Origin: an uncultured Chloroflexia bacterium
GTDB taxonomy: Bacteria > Chloroflexota > Limnocylindria > Limnocylindrales > CSP1-4
Assembly (NCBI GenBank): GCA_963808895.1
Contig: CAWEHL010000004.1
Coordinates: 771,463-835,462 of the forward strand
Direction of reading: 5' to 3'
Length of the DNA stretch: 64,000 bases
Part shown: positions 9,699 to 18,364 of the stretch, one piece after another
Layout: every line of letters starts with the position of its first letter
How positions within the stretch are numbered: the first letter of the stretch is position 1
Translations under genes and position numbers: made by a program
Notes under the pieces: generated by a model
What the model was told of the DNA's origin: nothing
Seen by the model: the letters and a program-made list of their open reading frames with translations, nothing else
Databases searched by the model: none

Positions 9699-10073
9699 TC
9701 AGCGGTCGGCGGACAGCGTCGCCTCGGCGACCGCGGCGAGAGCGATGATGAACAGGGCGATCGGCAGTTCGAGCGCCGATTGCAGTCGCAGCACGATGAA
9801 GATCGCGACGATCAGCCCGATCCAGCCGCCCCGTCTCGCGGCGCGGACCCAATCTCCGCGGTAGGCGATCCGGCGGTGCCGCGCGAAGACGACCAGCCAG
9901 AAGAGCGGTGTGAGCGTCAGCGCGACCGCCAGCCCGATCAGCGCCGCGCCGATGAAGCCGGCGACGGGTTCCGCGACGGGGTCCCGGGTGGTGACGATCA
10001 GGGCGACGAGGACCCAGACCAGTACCGCGGCGCCGAGGACGGCGAAGTTCGACAGCCGGTCGCGCGCCTCCAT
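9699..10073 (-). CDS. hypothetical integral membrane protein (3-4 predicted TM helices)
   Basis: 124-aa ORF with hydrophobic stretches VLGAAVLVWVLVALIV, FIGAALIGLAVALTLTPLFWLVVF and IGLIVAIFIVL. I recognise no family. Confidence 0.55.
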   Translation of the reverse strand: MEARDRLSNFAVLGAAVLVWVLVALIVTTRDPVAEPVAGFIGAALIGLAVALTLTPLFWLVVFARHRRIAYRGDWVRAARRGGWIGLIVAIFIVLRLQSALELPIALFIIALAAVAEATLSADR

Positions 10074-10138
10074 GACCAGCGAGTCTAGAGGCGCTGCTCG
10101 GCGGCCTGCCGACTCTGCCCGTGCGCTCTCACGAGCGC

Positions 10139-13100
10139 CTATCTGGGCCGCGCGACGCTCGAGGGACAGATGTCGCGGAACGGGCAGCGGGTGCAGACCA
10201 TCGGCTCCGGGGTGGCCTCGAACCTGGCCGCCCGGATGCCGCTCGCGACCTCCGCGATCCGTGCGCGCGCCTTGGCGACCCGCTTCGGATCGACGTCGAC
10301 CTTGCCGACGAGGCCCGAGTCCAGGAAATGGAGAGCGACCTGGTCCGGCAAACGGCCGGTCATCGCCTCGTAGCCCATCGCGTAGATCTGGAGCTGGAGC
10401 GATTCCCGGGCGCGCTGCCGCGCCTTCGCGGGATCACGCACGTCCGATGTCTTGTAGTCGGTGATCGTCACGCGCTCGCGACCCATGATCCCGAGCGTCG
10501 GCGTCACGACGTCGGCCGTGGCTGCCGTCGTGTCCGGCGTGGACGACGCCGTCTCCGGCCCGGCACCGCCGCCATCCGGCACCGACTCGATGTCGACACG
10601 GTCCCACCGCCCGCGCACCCGATCGCCGTCGAGATCGAACGCGAACTCGCGCTCCACGTACGTCGGGATGACCGCGTCAGGGCGCAACTGCTCCTCGCGG
10701 AACCGGCGCAATGCCGCGCGGGCTGCAGCGAGCCGCGCCTCCTCGTGCTCACGGCTGACGAACCCCTCGTTCGACCAGGCCGAATCGAGCACCTCGTCGA
10801 GCTCCGCCTCGGACATCACATGGCCCCGGGCATGGCGGTGATGGAATACCTGGACGACCTTGTGCATCGCCGACCCATAGATCAGCGCGTGATGCGGCGG
10901 CGTCGGGATGCGCAGGACGTGGGCGTACTTGTAGCGGAGCGGGCAGCTCAGGTACGCGTCGACCTGTCCGAAGCTCAGCATCAGCGGCTCGTTCCGCGCT
11001 ACGGATCGCGCCGCGACCGGAACGTCCACCGCCGCGAACCGCGCGATGCGTTCTTCCGCTGCCGGCGTCACGGCGCCCACCCCGGGGATGGCCTCGGTCG
11101 GCGGCAGGTCGAGTGCCTCGAGCACGAACGGCGAAACGCGACGTGCCCGGGAACCGCCGTAGTCGGCGGCATGGCTGAGGATCAGCTCATCGCGCGCCCG
11201 CGTCATCGCGACGTAGAACAACCGCCGCTCCTCGGCGAGCGCGCGTTCCGCCGTCGGCGGATCGCCGCGCCCGAGTCCGGCCGGGAGCGGCAGTGGCTCC
11301 CCTCGACCGTTGCCCGGGAACCGCCCCGCCACCAGCCCGGGCAGATAGACGATCGGGAATTCCAGGCCCTTCGCCTTGTGGACCGTCAGGACCGCCACGG
11401 CGTCTGCATCGGGGTCGAGGTCGGCCGTAGCGGGATCATCGCCCGCCTCGATCAGGGTCTCGAGATGCTGCGCGACGAACACCGCCCGATCGTCCGCGAG
11501 GACCGCCGACTGCGCGCGGATCAGGTCGAAGAAGCGGGCGATGTTGCCGAGGCCCTCGTCGGCGGCGGTGGTCGCCGTGGCGGCGAGCCGTGCCAGCAGG
11601 CCGCTGTCGCGCAGGAATGCGTACAGGACCTCGCCTGCGGGCCGCTCGTGGGCCATCGCGGTGAACCGCGCGACATCGCCGACGAGGCGGTGGATCCCGG
11701 CCGCGGGACGCGGACGCGAGCCGGAGGATGCCCGGCTGCCGCTCGACCTCCTCGAACACGTCCCAGACCGAGCGATTCCGCCGACGGGCCATGTTGACGA
11801 CCGCCGTGAGGTCGTCGCCGTCGATCCCGTAGACGTCGGACGACGCCGAGCGCGTAGAGATCGACGCTCGAATGCGGGTCGGCGACGGTCCTGAGGAACG
11901 ACAACAGCAGCCGTACCTCGGGCCGGGCATAGAGCCCGGACGATCCGGAGAAGCGCCACGGTACCCCGGCCATGTTGAGCGCCCGCAGGATGGGATCCGC
12001 GTGGCCGTTCGCCCGGACGAGGACGGCGTGGTCGCGCGGTGCGCGCGCCCTCGGCCACCCTGCGCGCGATGTCCCCGGCGATCCAGTCGGCCTCCTCGGA
12101 GCCGGTGGCGAACGGTTCGAGCCGGACCGCGCGTGCCCGTCTCGCGGCGCTGCGGACGCAGGCGCTTGGCGATCCCGGTCCGCACCTCGAGGCGATCGGG
12201 ATCGTTGAAACGGACGAGTCGATATGACGCGTCGAGGATCGGTCCGAGCGAGCGGTAGTTCCGACGCAGGACGACGGTCCGTGCCGTCGGGTAGCGATCG
12301 TGGAACTCGAGGATGTTCTCGATCGCCGCACCGCGGAACGCATAGATCGCCTGATCGTCGTCACCGACGACGGTGATGTTCCGATGCGGCTCGGCGAGCG
12401 CGGTCACCAGCTCGGCCTGCGCTCGGTTCGTGTCCTGGAACTCGTCGACGAGGACGTATCGGTACCTCCCCGCGATCGCCGAACGCGCCGATGGCGACTC
12501 CCGGACGAGCTGCAGCGCCAACGCCACCTGGTCACCGAAATCGATGAACCCGTTGGCTGCCAGCAGCTCCTGGTAGCGGGCGTAGGCGTGCGCGAGCTCG
12601 GTCTGGTGCGCGGCCTCTTCCATCGCCGCTGCGCGCATCCACGCCAGCCGCCTCGGCGACGCGCGCGGCCTCGGCCGATAGCCGCGCCGCGTGCTGCTCG
12701 TACGTCCCCGGGCTGATGTCCTCGTCCTTGCAGCGGCTGAACAGCGTGACGAGCGCGGCCAGGAACCGCGTCGGGTCGCCGAGCGGCCGATAGGCGTCCA
12801 GCTCGAACTCGAACAGGTGCTCGCGCAGGAAGATCACGGCCTCAGCGCGCGACAGCACGCGAACGTCCGGCGGCAAGCCCGAGCTGGAGCGCGTGGTCCC
12901 GGATCACGCGATCGCCGAACGCGTGGAACGTCGCGATCTGCGTGTCCGTGTAGCCGTACGGGACGAGCTGATCGACGCGCACCGCCATCTCGTCCGCGGC
13001 CTTGTCCGTGAATGTCAGCGCGAGGATCTCGGACGGCTTGGCGCGCCGCGTCGCGATGAGCCACGCGATCCGGCGCGTGATGACCTGGGTCTTGCCCGTG

Positions 13101-13345
13101 CCCGCACCCGCCACGACGAGGAGCGGCCCCGTGTCGTGCGTGACGGCGCGAAGCTGGTCGGGATCGAGCCCGCCGAGCAGGCCGTCCATCCCCTCGGGGA
13201 CGGGCGGCGTGGCGATCGCTGGGTCCATCACCGGCACGAGCTCGCGCCACGCCGGGATCTGTTCGAGCGGGGTCGGTCCACGCCGTCGCGCGCGGACGGT
13301 CGGACGGGTCACCGGTGGGGTCTTCGGATCGACGATGGGGGCCAT
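10139..13345 (-). pseudogene. UvrD/PcrA-type ATP-dependent DNA helicase fused to a C-terminal PD-(D/E)XK (Cas4/AddB-like, Cys-cluster) nuclease; at least 7 frameshifts
   Basis: The gene is spread over four track ORFs. Helicase motifs: VVAGAGTGKT, YVLVDEFQDTNRAQ, VGDDDQAIYAFRGA, VLRRNYRS, TVHKAKGLEFPIV, LFYVAMTRARDEL. Nuclease motifs: CPLRYKY...ITDYKTSD...QLQIYAMGY...CTRCPFRDIC. Confidence 0.8.
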
Positions 13346-13383
13346 GTGCGAACCATCGCCGACCGCCCGTGACACCTAGCCTG

Positions 13384-13854
13384 TCAGGCCGTCGCCTGTT
13401 TGATCGCCGCGGACTCCTCGTCCGACAGCGCCCCATCGGATCGACCGCCACGGATCGCCTTGGCGTAGACGCGTGTCCCGGTGCGGGCGTGGAGGCTCGA
13501 GAGGACCCAGCCGTTCCCGTCGGCGTCGAGCAGCGCAAGGGCGAAGCTCTGGTTCCCGCCGGTGTCCTCGAACGGGTTGAACCGGACGAGCCCGACGCGC
13601 TGGAACGCGCGCGGCGCAGCCGTCTCGAGTCGGTCGGTGCGTGTCCCGAGCCGATCGACCTCGCGACCGAGCTCGTAGACACGATCGAGGTGGGCACCGA
13701 GCACGTCGCCGAGGTCGCCGTCCTCGCCGCGTGTCAAGCCGACGACCCGTTTTCGCAGCTGGTTGAGCTGTCGCGTCAGCCACAGCACGAGGAGCAGCAG
13801 GATGACGACCGCGACGATGAGCACGATCACGATCGGCCCGATGTTGGCGGCCAC
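13384..13854 (-). CDS. DUF4446 family protein (N-terminal TM helix)
   Basis: Intact 156-aa ORF containing RVGLVRFNPFEDTGGNQSFALALLDADGNGWVLSSLHARTGTRVYAK. Confidence 0.75.
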   Translation of the reverse strand: MAANIGPIVIVLIVAVVILLLLVLWLTRQLNQLRKRVVGLTRGEDGDLGDVLGAHLDRVYELGREVDRLGTRTDRLETAAPRAFQRVGLVRFNPFEDTGGNQSFALALLDADGNGWVLSSLHARTGTRVYAKAIRGGRSDGALSDEESAAIKQATA

Positions 13855-14034
13855 GGTCGCGTTCAGATCGATGTCAGGGTCCTCCGCGGGGGTCGGCGCG
13901 AGTCTAGCAGCCGGTCCTTGGCGCCCACGTATCGGATGGCCGTCGAAGGCCGCGGTGCTATCCTCTGCCGCTGGCGGCGACCCGACCGACGTCCCCGCTC
14001 ATCCACCGACCGTCCCGGAGGATCATCGACGACC

Positions 14035-14446
14035 ATGGCCAAGCGCGTACGCGGCGGTTCGAGCCGCCCGGGACAGCGCCCTCGACTGCAGCGTCGGGCC
14101 ACGACCGCGCGACCGACCGACGGAGTCGACCCCGACCCCGACCCCGCCCGCGGGGTCCGTCTCGCTGACGGCAGCGGAAGAGGCGCGGGCCGCCGAGCTC
14201 GAAGCCCAGATCGTCGCGACCGAGCGAGCCGCGGAAACGAACGCCACGCGTGCCCGTGAGCGTGCACGACGACCGGCCGAGGGCGAGGTCCGGGTCCGGA
14301 GCGGCTCGATCGCCGAGCGGGCGAGCCACGAGTACGCCTACGTCGCTCGCGACGTCCGGCGCATCATCACGATCGGTGGCTCGCTGATCGGGTTCCTGCT
14401 CGCGCTGTGGGTCGTCCTCCAGGCCACGGGCATCGGGCGGATCTGA
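14035..14446 (+). pseudogene. hypothetical protein with a basic N-terminus and a C-terminal TM helix; one frameshift near 14100
   Basis: ATG at 14035 gives MAKRVRGGSSRPGQRPRLQRR. The sequence continues in another frame as ...LTAAEEARAAELEAQIVATERAA...YAYVARDVRRIITIGGSLIGFLLALWVVLQATG. A GGAGGA RBS precedes the start. Confidence 0.5.
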
Positions 14447-14455
14447 AGCACGACC

Positions 14456-14806
14456 ATGGGCGTGACCGGCATCGGCGCGATCTCCTTCCGGGCGCGGGAC
14501 CCCGAAGCGCTCGCAGCCTGGTACGCGGAGCATCTCGGCGTGGGCGGTGGCGAGATGGGTCTGTGGGACCAACAAGCCGGTCCGACGGTCTTCGCACCGT
14601 TCGCTTCGGACACCGACTACTTCCCCGCGGACAAGCAGTGGATGCTCAACTTCCGGGTGGACGACCTCGATGGGCTGAAGGCGGCGCTCGAGGCCGGCGG
14701 GATCGAGGTCATCACGAACCCCGAATGGGATGCACCGGGCGTCGGCCGGTTCGCCCGCATCTTCGATCCCGAGGGCAACCAGATCGAGCTCTGGGAGCCC
14801 GACTGA
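14456..14806 (+). CDS. VOC (glyoxalase/bleomycin-resistance/dioxygenase) family protein
   Basis: Intact 116-aa ORF: ISFRARDPEALAAWYAEHLG...GRFARIFDPEGNQIELWEP. Confidence 0.7.
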   Translation: MGVTGIGAISFRARDPEALAAWYAEHLGVGGGEMGLWDQQAGPTVFAPFASDTDYFPADKQWMLNFRVDDLDGLKAALEAGGIEVITNPEWDAPGVGRFARIFDPEGNQIELWEPD

Positions 14807-14833
14807 GGCGTCTCGGGTCCTAGACTGGCCTCG

Positions 14834-16339
14834 ATGCCGTCAGCACGTCCGCGCGCCGGAGGCGCGAAGCCCGAGGCGCTCTTCCACCCACCGCCCGAGC
14901 GCCAGCCGCTCGCTGCGCGGATGCGGCCGCGGAGCCTCGACGAGTTCGTCGGACAGGAGCACCTCGTCGGCGAGCGCGGACCGCTCCGCCGGTCGATCGC
15001 CCGCGGCCATCTCGCGTCGCTGCTGCTGTGGGGACCACCCGGGACCGGGAAGACGAGCCTCGCCCGGTTGCTCGCGGGGGAGGTCGGGGCGGAGTTCGCG
15101 ACGATGTCCGCGGTCATGGCCGGCGTCGCCGATGTCCGCTCGACGATCGCCGAGGCCCAGGAACGGCTGGCCCTGCACGGTACGCGGACCGTCCTGTTCC
15201 TCGACGAGATCCATCGGTTCAACAAGGCGCAGCAGGACGCGCTGTTGCCGCATGTCGAGGACGGCACGGTCACGTTGATCGGGGCGACGACCGAGAATCC
15301 GTACTTCGAGGTGAATTCCGCCCTGCTCTCGCGGATGCGCGTCTGGCGCCTCGAAGCGCTGACCGACGAGGACGTCGCGACGGTCGTCCGACGCGCACTC
15401 GAGGACGAGGACCGAGGTCTGGCCGGGCCACTGGGGCCGGACGGAGGCGTGGCGCTCGGCCAGGAGGCCTTCGAGCACCTCGTCGGGCTCGCGGGTGGCG
15501 ACGCGCGATCGGCGCTCAACGTGCTCGAAGGAGCGGTCGCGCTCGCCGAGGCCGAAGACATCCGCGACGCCAAAGGCCACGTCGCGCCACGCCTCGAGGA
15601 CGTCGAAGGCGCCGCTCAGCAGCGCGTGCTCGCGTACGACCGGGCCGGGGACGGGCACTACGACACGGTGTCGGCCTTCATCAAGAGCTTGCGCGGCAAC
15701 GACCCGGACGGCGCGCTGTACTGGCTCGCCTCGATGGTCGCGGCCGGTGAGGATCCGCGGTTCATCGCGCGCCGGCTGATCATCAGCGCGTCAGAGGACG
15801 TCGGCAACGCCGATCCGCGGGCGTTGCAGGTCGCGGTCGCGGCGGCCCAGGCGCTCGATCACGTCGGGCTCCCCGAGGCGCAATACGCGCTCGCCCAGGC
15901 GACGACGTACATCGCGACGGCTCCGAAATCGAACCGGTCGGGATCGGCCTATTGGGCCGCGGCGGGCGATGTCGAGGCGCGCGGCTCGCTGGCGGTGCCC
16001 CTCCACCTGCGGAACGCCCCGCATCGACTGATGCGCCAGCACGGCATCGGCGTCGGCTACCAGTACCCGCACGACTTCGAGGACGCCGACATCGATCAGC
16101 AGTACCTGCCCGACGAGCTGACGGATCGGCACTACTACCTGCCGACCGACCAGGGCTACGAGGCGACGATCGCGAACCGGATGGACGCCCGCGCGGGCAA
16201 GCGCTCGGCGGGCAAGCCCAAGCGTTCCGCGCTCCCGAAGCCGGACATCGCCAAGGGCGCCGGCGGCGACCTGATGCGGACGCGCGAGGCGAACCGCAAG
16301 AAGCTCGCCGAGACCGAGAAGAAGGACGCGAGCGGGTAG
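14834..16339 (+). CDS. rarA: replication-associated recombination protein A (AAA+ ATPase RarA/MgsA) with a basic C-terminal tail
   Basis: Intact 501-aa ORF with LLWGPPGTGKTSLARLLA, LFLDEIHRFNKAQQDALLPHVEDGTVTLIGATTENP and DPDGALYWLASM. Confidence 0.9.
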   Translation: MPSARPRAGGAKPEALFHPPPERQPLAARMRPRSLDEFVGQEHLVGERGPLRRSIARGHLASLLLWGPPGTGKTSLARLLAGEVGAEFATMSAVMAGVADVRSTIAEAQERLALHGTRTVLFLDEIHRFNKAQQDALLPHVEDGTVTLIGATTENPYFEVNSALLSRMRVWRLEALTDEDVATVVRRALEDEDRGLAGPLGPDGGVALGQEAFEHLVGLAGGDARSALNVLEGAVALAEAEDIRDAKGHVAPRLEDVEGAAQQRVLAYDRAGDGHYDTVSAFIKSLRGNDPDGALYWLASMVAAGEDPRFIARRLIISASEDVGNADPRALQVAVAAAQALDHVGLPEAQYALAQATTYIATAPKSNRSGSAYWAAAGDVEARGSLAVPLHLRNAPHRLMRQHGIGVGYQYPHDFEDADIDQQYLPDELTDRHYYLPTDQGYEATIANRMDARAGKRSAGKPKRSALPKPDIAKGAGGDLMRTREANRKKLAETEKKDASG

Positions 16340-16357
16340 TCCATCGACGCTCGAACA

Positions 16358-16393
16358 TAGCTCAGGGGATGGAGCGTCGGCCTCCGAGCCGAA
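16358..16393 (+). pseudogene. tRNA-like fragment (D-arm plus anticodon arm, CCG anticodon context, Arg-like); no T-arm or acceptor stem, so not a functional tRNA
   Basis: The sequence tagctcaggggatggagcg-tcggc-ctccga-gccga matches the canonical tRNA D-arm (TAGCTCAGGGGAT.GAGCG). It is followed by a perfect 5-bp stem. The loop has 6 nt, one short of 7. The downstream sequence gtcccgatcccgat cannot form a T-arm, and no complementary acceptor halves exist. Confidence 0.45.
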
Positions 16394-16465
16394 GATGTCC
16401 CGATCCCGATGCGCGGCCCGGATCATCTTCCCATCGAAGCACTTGCATCCGCGAGCTCGCAGTGT

Positions 16466-16491
16466 AATACTGAACCAGATGGTTCAGTATT
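16466..16491. promoter_or_regulatory. perfect 11-bp inverted repeat (AATACTGAACC-agat-GGTTCAGTATT), a candidate ArsR/SmtB operator overlapping the arsR-like start codon
   Basis: Read directly from the sequence. The ATG of the ArsR-family gene (16479) lies in the spacer and right arm. A TAATAC -10-like hexamer lies at 16465..16470. Confidence 0.6.
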
Positions 16492-16844
16492 CGGACGCTC
16501 GACTCGACGCCTCGTTCGCCGCCCTCTCGGATGCCACCCGACGGGGCGTCCTGGAGCGGCTCGGACGGGCCGACGCGTCGATCACCGATCTGGCCGAGGC
16601 GTTCCACCTGACCCTGACGGGCATGCGGAAGCACGTGGGCGTGTTGGAGCAGGCCGACCTCGTCACCACCCGGAAGGTCGGGCGGGTCCGGACCTGCACG
16701 CTCGGCCCACGCCGGCTCGAAGACGAGACGGCCTGGATCGAGCGGCAGCGCCGCCTGTGGGACGAACGCTTCGACGAGTTGGAGAGGATCGTCGGCGAAC
16801 GACGACGGAAGGAGCAGATCGATGGACGCACGAAGCGCGCGTGA
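16479..16844 (+). CDS. ArsR/SmtB-family (metalloregulator-type) transcriptional regulator
   Basis: MVQYSDARLDASFAALSDATRRGVLERLGRADASITDLAEAFHLTLTGMRKHVGVLEQADLVTTRKVGRVR has the winged-HTH pattern of the ArsR family. The start is uncertain because the track ORF begins at 16395. Confidence 0.8.
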   Translation: MVQYSDARLDASFAALSDATRRGVLERLGRADASITDLAEAFHLTLTGMRKHVGVLEQADLVTTRKVGRVRTCTLGPRRLEDETAWIERQRRLWDERFDELERIVGERRRKEQIDGRTKRA

Positions 16845-17337
16845 GGCCACCCCCACGCAGGAGCGCACCACGATGGATCGGACATCCGAGCGCGAGCTCG
16901 TCGTCACCCGGACGATCGACGGCCCGGCGCACATCGTGTTCGAAGCGTGGACCGATCCGGAGCTGCTGAGGCGCTGGTGGGTCCCCAAGTCGGTCCCCAT
17001 CACGCTGCTGTCGTGCGAGATGGACGTCCGGGTGGGGGGCACGTACCGGCTCGTCTTCCAGGTCGATCCCACGACCACGATGGCGTTCTTCGGCCGGTAC
17101 CTGGAGGTCAGCCCGCCCTCCCGGCTCGTCTGGACGAACGAGGAGGGAGAAGATGACGCGGTCGTCACGACGGTGACCTTCGACGAGGACCAGGGCCGGA
17201 CCCGGCTGGTCGTGCACGACCTCTATCCGTCGAAGGACGCGCTCGATAGCGCCATCGCGTCGGAATCGACCGCGGGGTGGGCCGAGATGCTTGACCAGCT
17301 GGACGAGCTGCTCCGCGAGCTGCGCGCCGGCTCCTAG
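16822..17337 (+). CDS. SRPBCC-superfamily protein (AHSA1/Aha1-like START domain)
   Basis: RELVVTRTIDGPAHIVFEAWTDPELLRRWW...VGGTYRLVF...SRLVWT. This family is commonly paired with ArsR regulators. An alternative ATG start lies at 16873. Confidence 0.75.
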   Translation: MDARSAREATPTQERTTMDRTSERELVVTRTIDGPAHIVFEAWTDPELLRRWWVPKSVPITLLSCEMDVRVGGTYRLVFQVDPTTTMAFFGRYLEVSPPSRLVWTNEEGEDDAVVTTVTFDEDQGRTRLVVHDLYPSKDALDSAIASESTAGWAEMLDQLDELLRELRAGS

Positions 17338-18245
17338 TGCCGGACGTGCGAGCCCCGGGCCTCCCAGGCGACGTGCTCGGCTGTCTCGAGCTGGAACGTC
17401 GAGTGGGCGACGTCGAAGTCGTCGGCGAGGCACGTCGCCAAGTGATCGAGCACGTCGCCCGGCTGTCCTTCCGGCGTCAGGACGACGTGCGCGGAGACGA
17501 CGTTCATCCCGCTCGTGATCGTCCACGCGTGGAGGTCGTGGACGTCACTCACCCCGGGCGCGTCCAGGATGTGCCCGCGGACGTGGTCGAGATCGACGCT
17601 GCGTGGCGTGGCCTCCAGCAACACGTCGAGGCTGTCACGCAGTAGCGCGACGGTCCGCGGGACGATGAGGACGGCGACGACCAGGGAGGCGAGCGCGTCC
17701 GCCTGGTGCCATCCGGTGGTCAGGACGATCAGGCCGGCGACGAGCACCGCGACCGACCCGAGCAGATCACCCAGGACCTCCAGGTAGGCACCGCGCACCG
17801 TGAGGCTCTCATGGCGGCCGGCTGACAGCAGCCGTACCGAGATGAGGTTCGCCACGATCGCGCCGGCCGCGACGAGCGTCATGAGGCCGCCCTCGACCTC
17901 GGGCGGTGCGATGAGGCGGCGCAGGCCCTCGTAGAACACGAAGGTGGCGATGCCCAGGAGTAGCAGCGCATTCGCGGCAGCCGCCACGATCTCCAGTCGG
18001 TACAGCCCGAACGTCCTCGCGTCGGAGCGTGGTCGCGCCGCCAGACGGACCGCGACGAGGGCAAGCGCGATCCCCGAGACGTCCGCGAACACGTGCGCCG
18101 CATCCGCGAGGAGGGCGAGGGAGTTGCTGGCGATGCCTGCTGCGAACTCGACCACCAGGATCGCGAGGCTCACCGTCAGCGCGCCGGCCAGCCTCGGCGC
18201 ATGGCGGGCCGCTGCGGTCGGCGGGCGCGACTCGGCGGTGGTCAT
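17334..18245 (-). CDS. cation diffusion facilitator (CDF) family metal efflux transporter (CzcD/ZitB-like)
   Basis: Intact 303-aa ORF with ALLADAAHVFADVSG, LEVLGDLLGSVAV and a C-terminal domain carrying VHDLHAWTITSG...SAHV. Confidence 0.85.
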   Translation of the reverse strand: MTTAESRPPTAAARHAPRLAGALTVSLAILVVEFAAGIASNSLALLADAAHVFADVSGIALALVAVRLAARPRSDARTFGLYRLEIVAAAANALLLLGIATFVFYEGLRRLIAPPEVEGGLMTLVAAGAIVANLISVRLLSAGRHESLTVRGAYLEVLGDLLGSVAVLVAGLIVLTTGWHQADALASLVVAVLIVPRTVALLRDSLDVLLEATPRSVDLDHVRGHILDAPGVSDVHDLHAWTITSGMNVVSAHVVLTPEGQPGDVLDHLATCLADDFDVAHSTFQLETAEHVAWEARGSHVRH

Positions 18246-18364
18246 CGCGTCCTGAGGATAGGCGCATCACCACCGCGGGCTCCGGATGGTCGCGTCGCGC
18301 CGGGCGCACCCGGCCCGTCACACTGGCCAGGACGCGGCACGGGCCGCGGGAGTGGGAGGCCGGC

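Noticed and set aside
16351-16425. A complete tRNA-Arg gene between rarA and the ArsR-family gene.
   Set aside because: Only the D-arm and anticodon arm are present. The anticodon loop has 6 nt. The downstream GTCCCGATCCCGAT is a direct repeat, not an inverted one, and lacks the GTTCGA T-loop. No 7-bp acceptor pairing can be drawn. I report it as a fragment instead.
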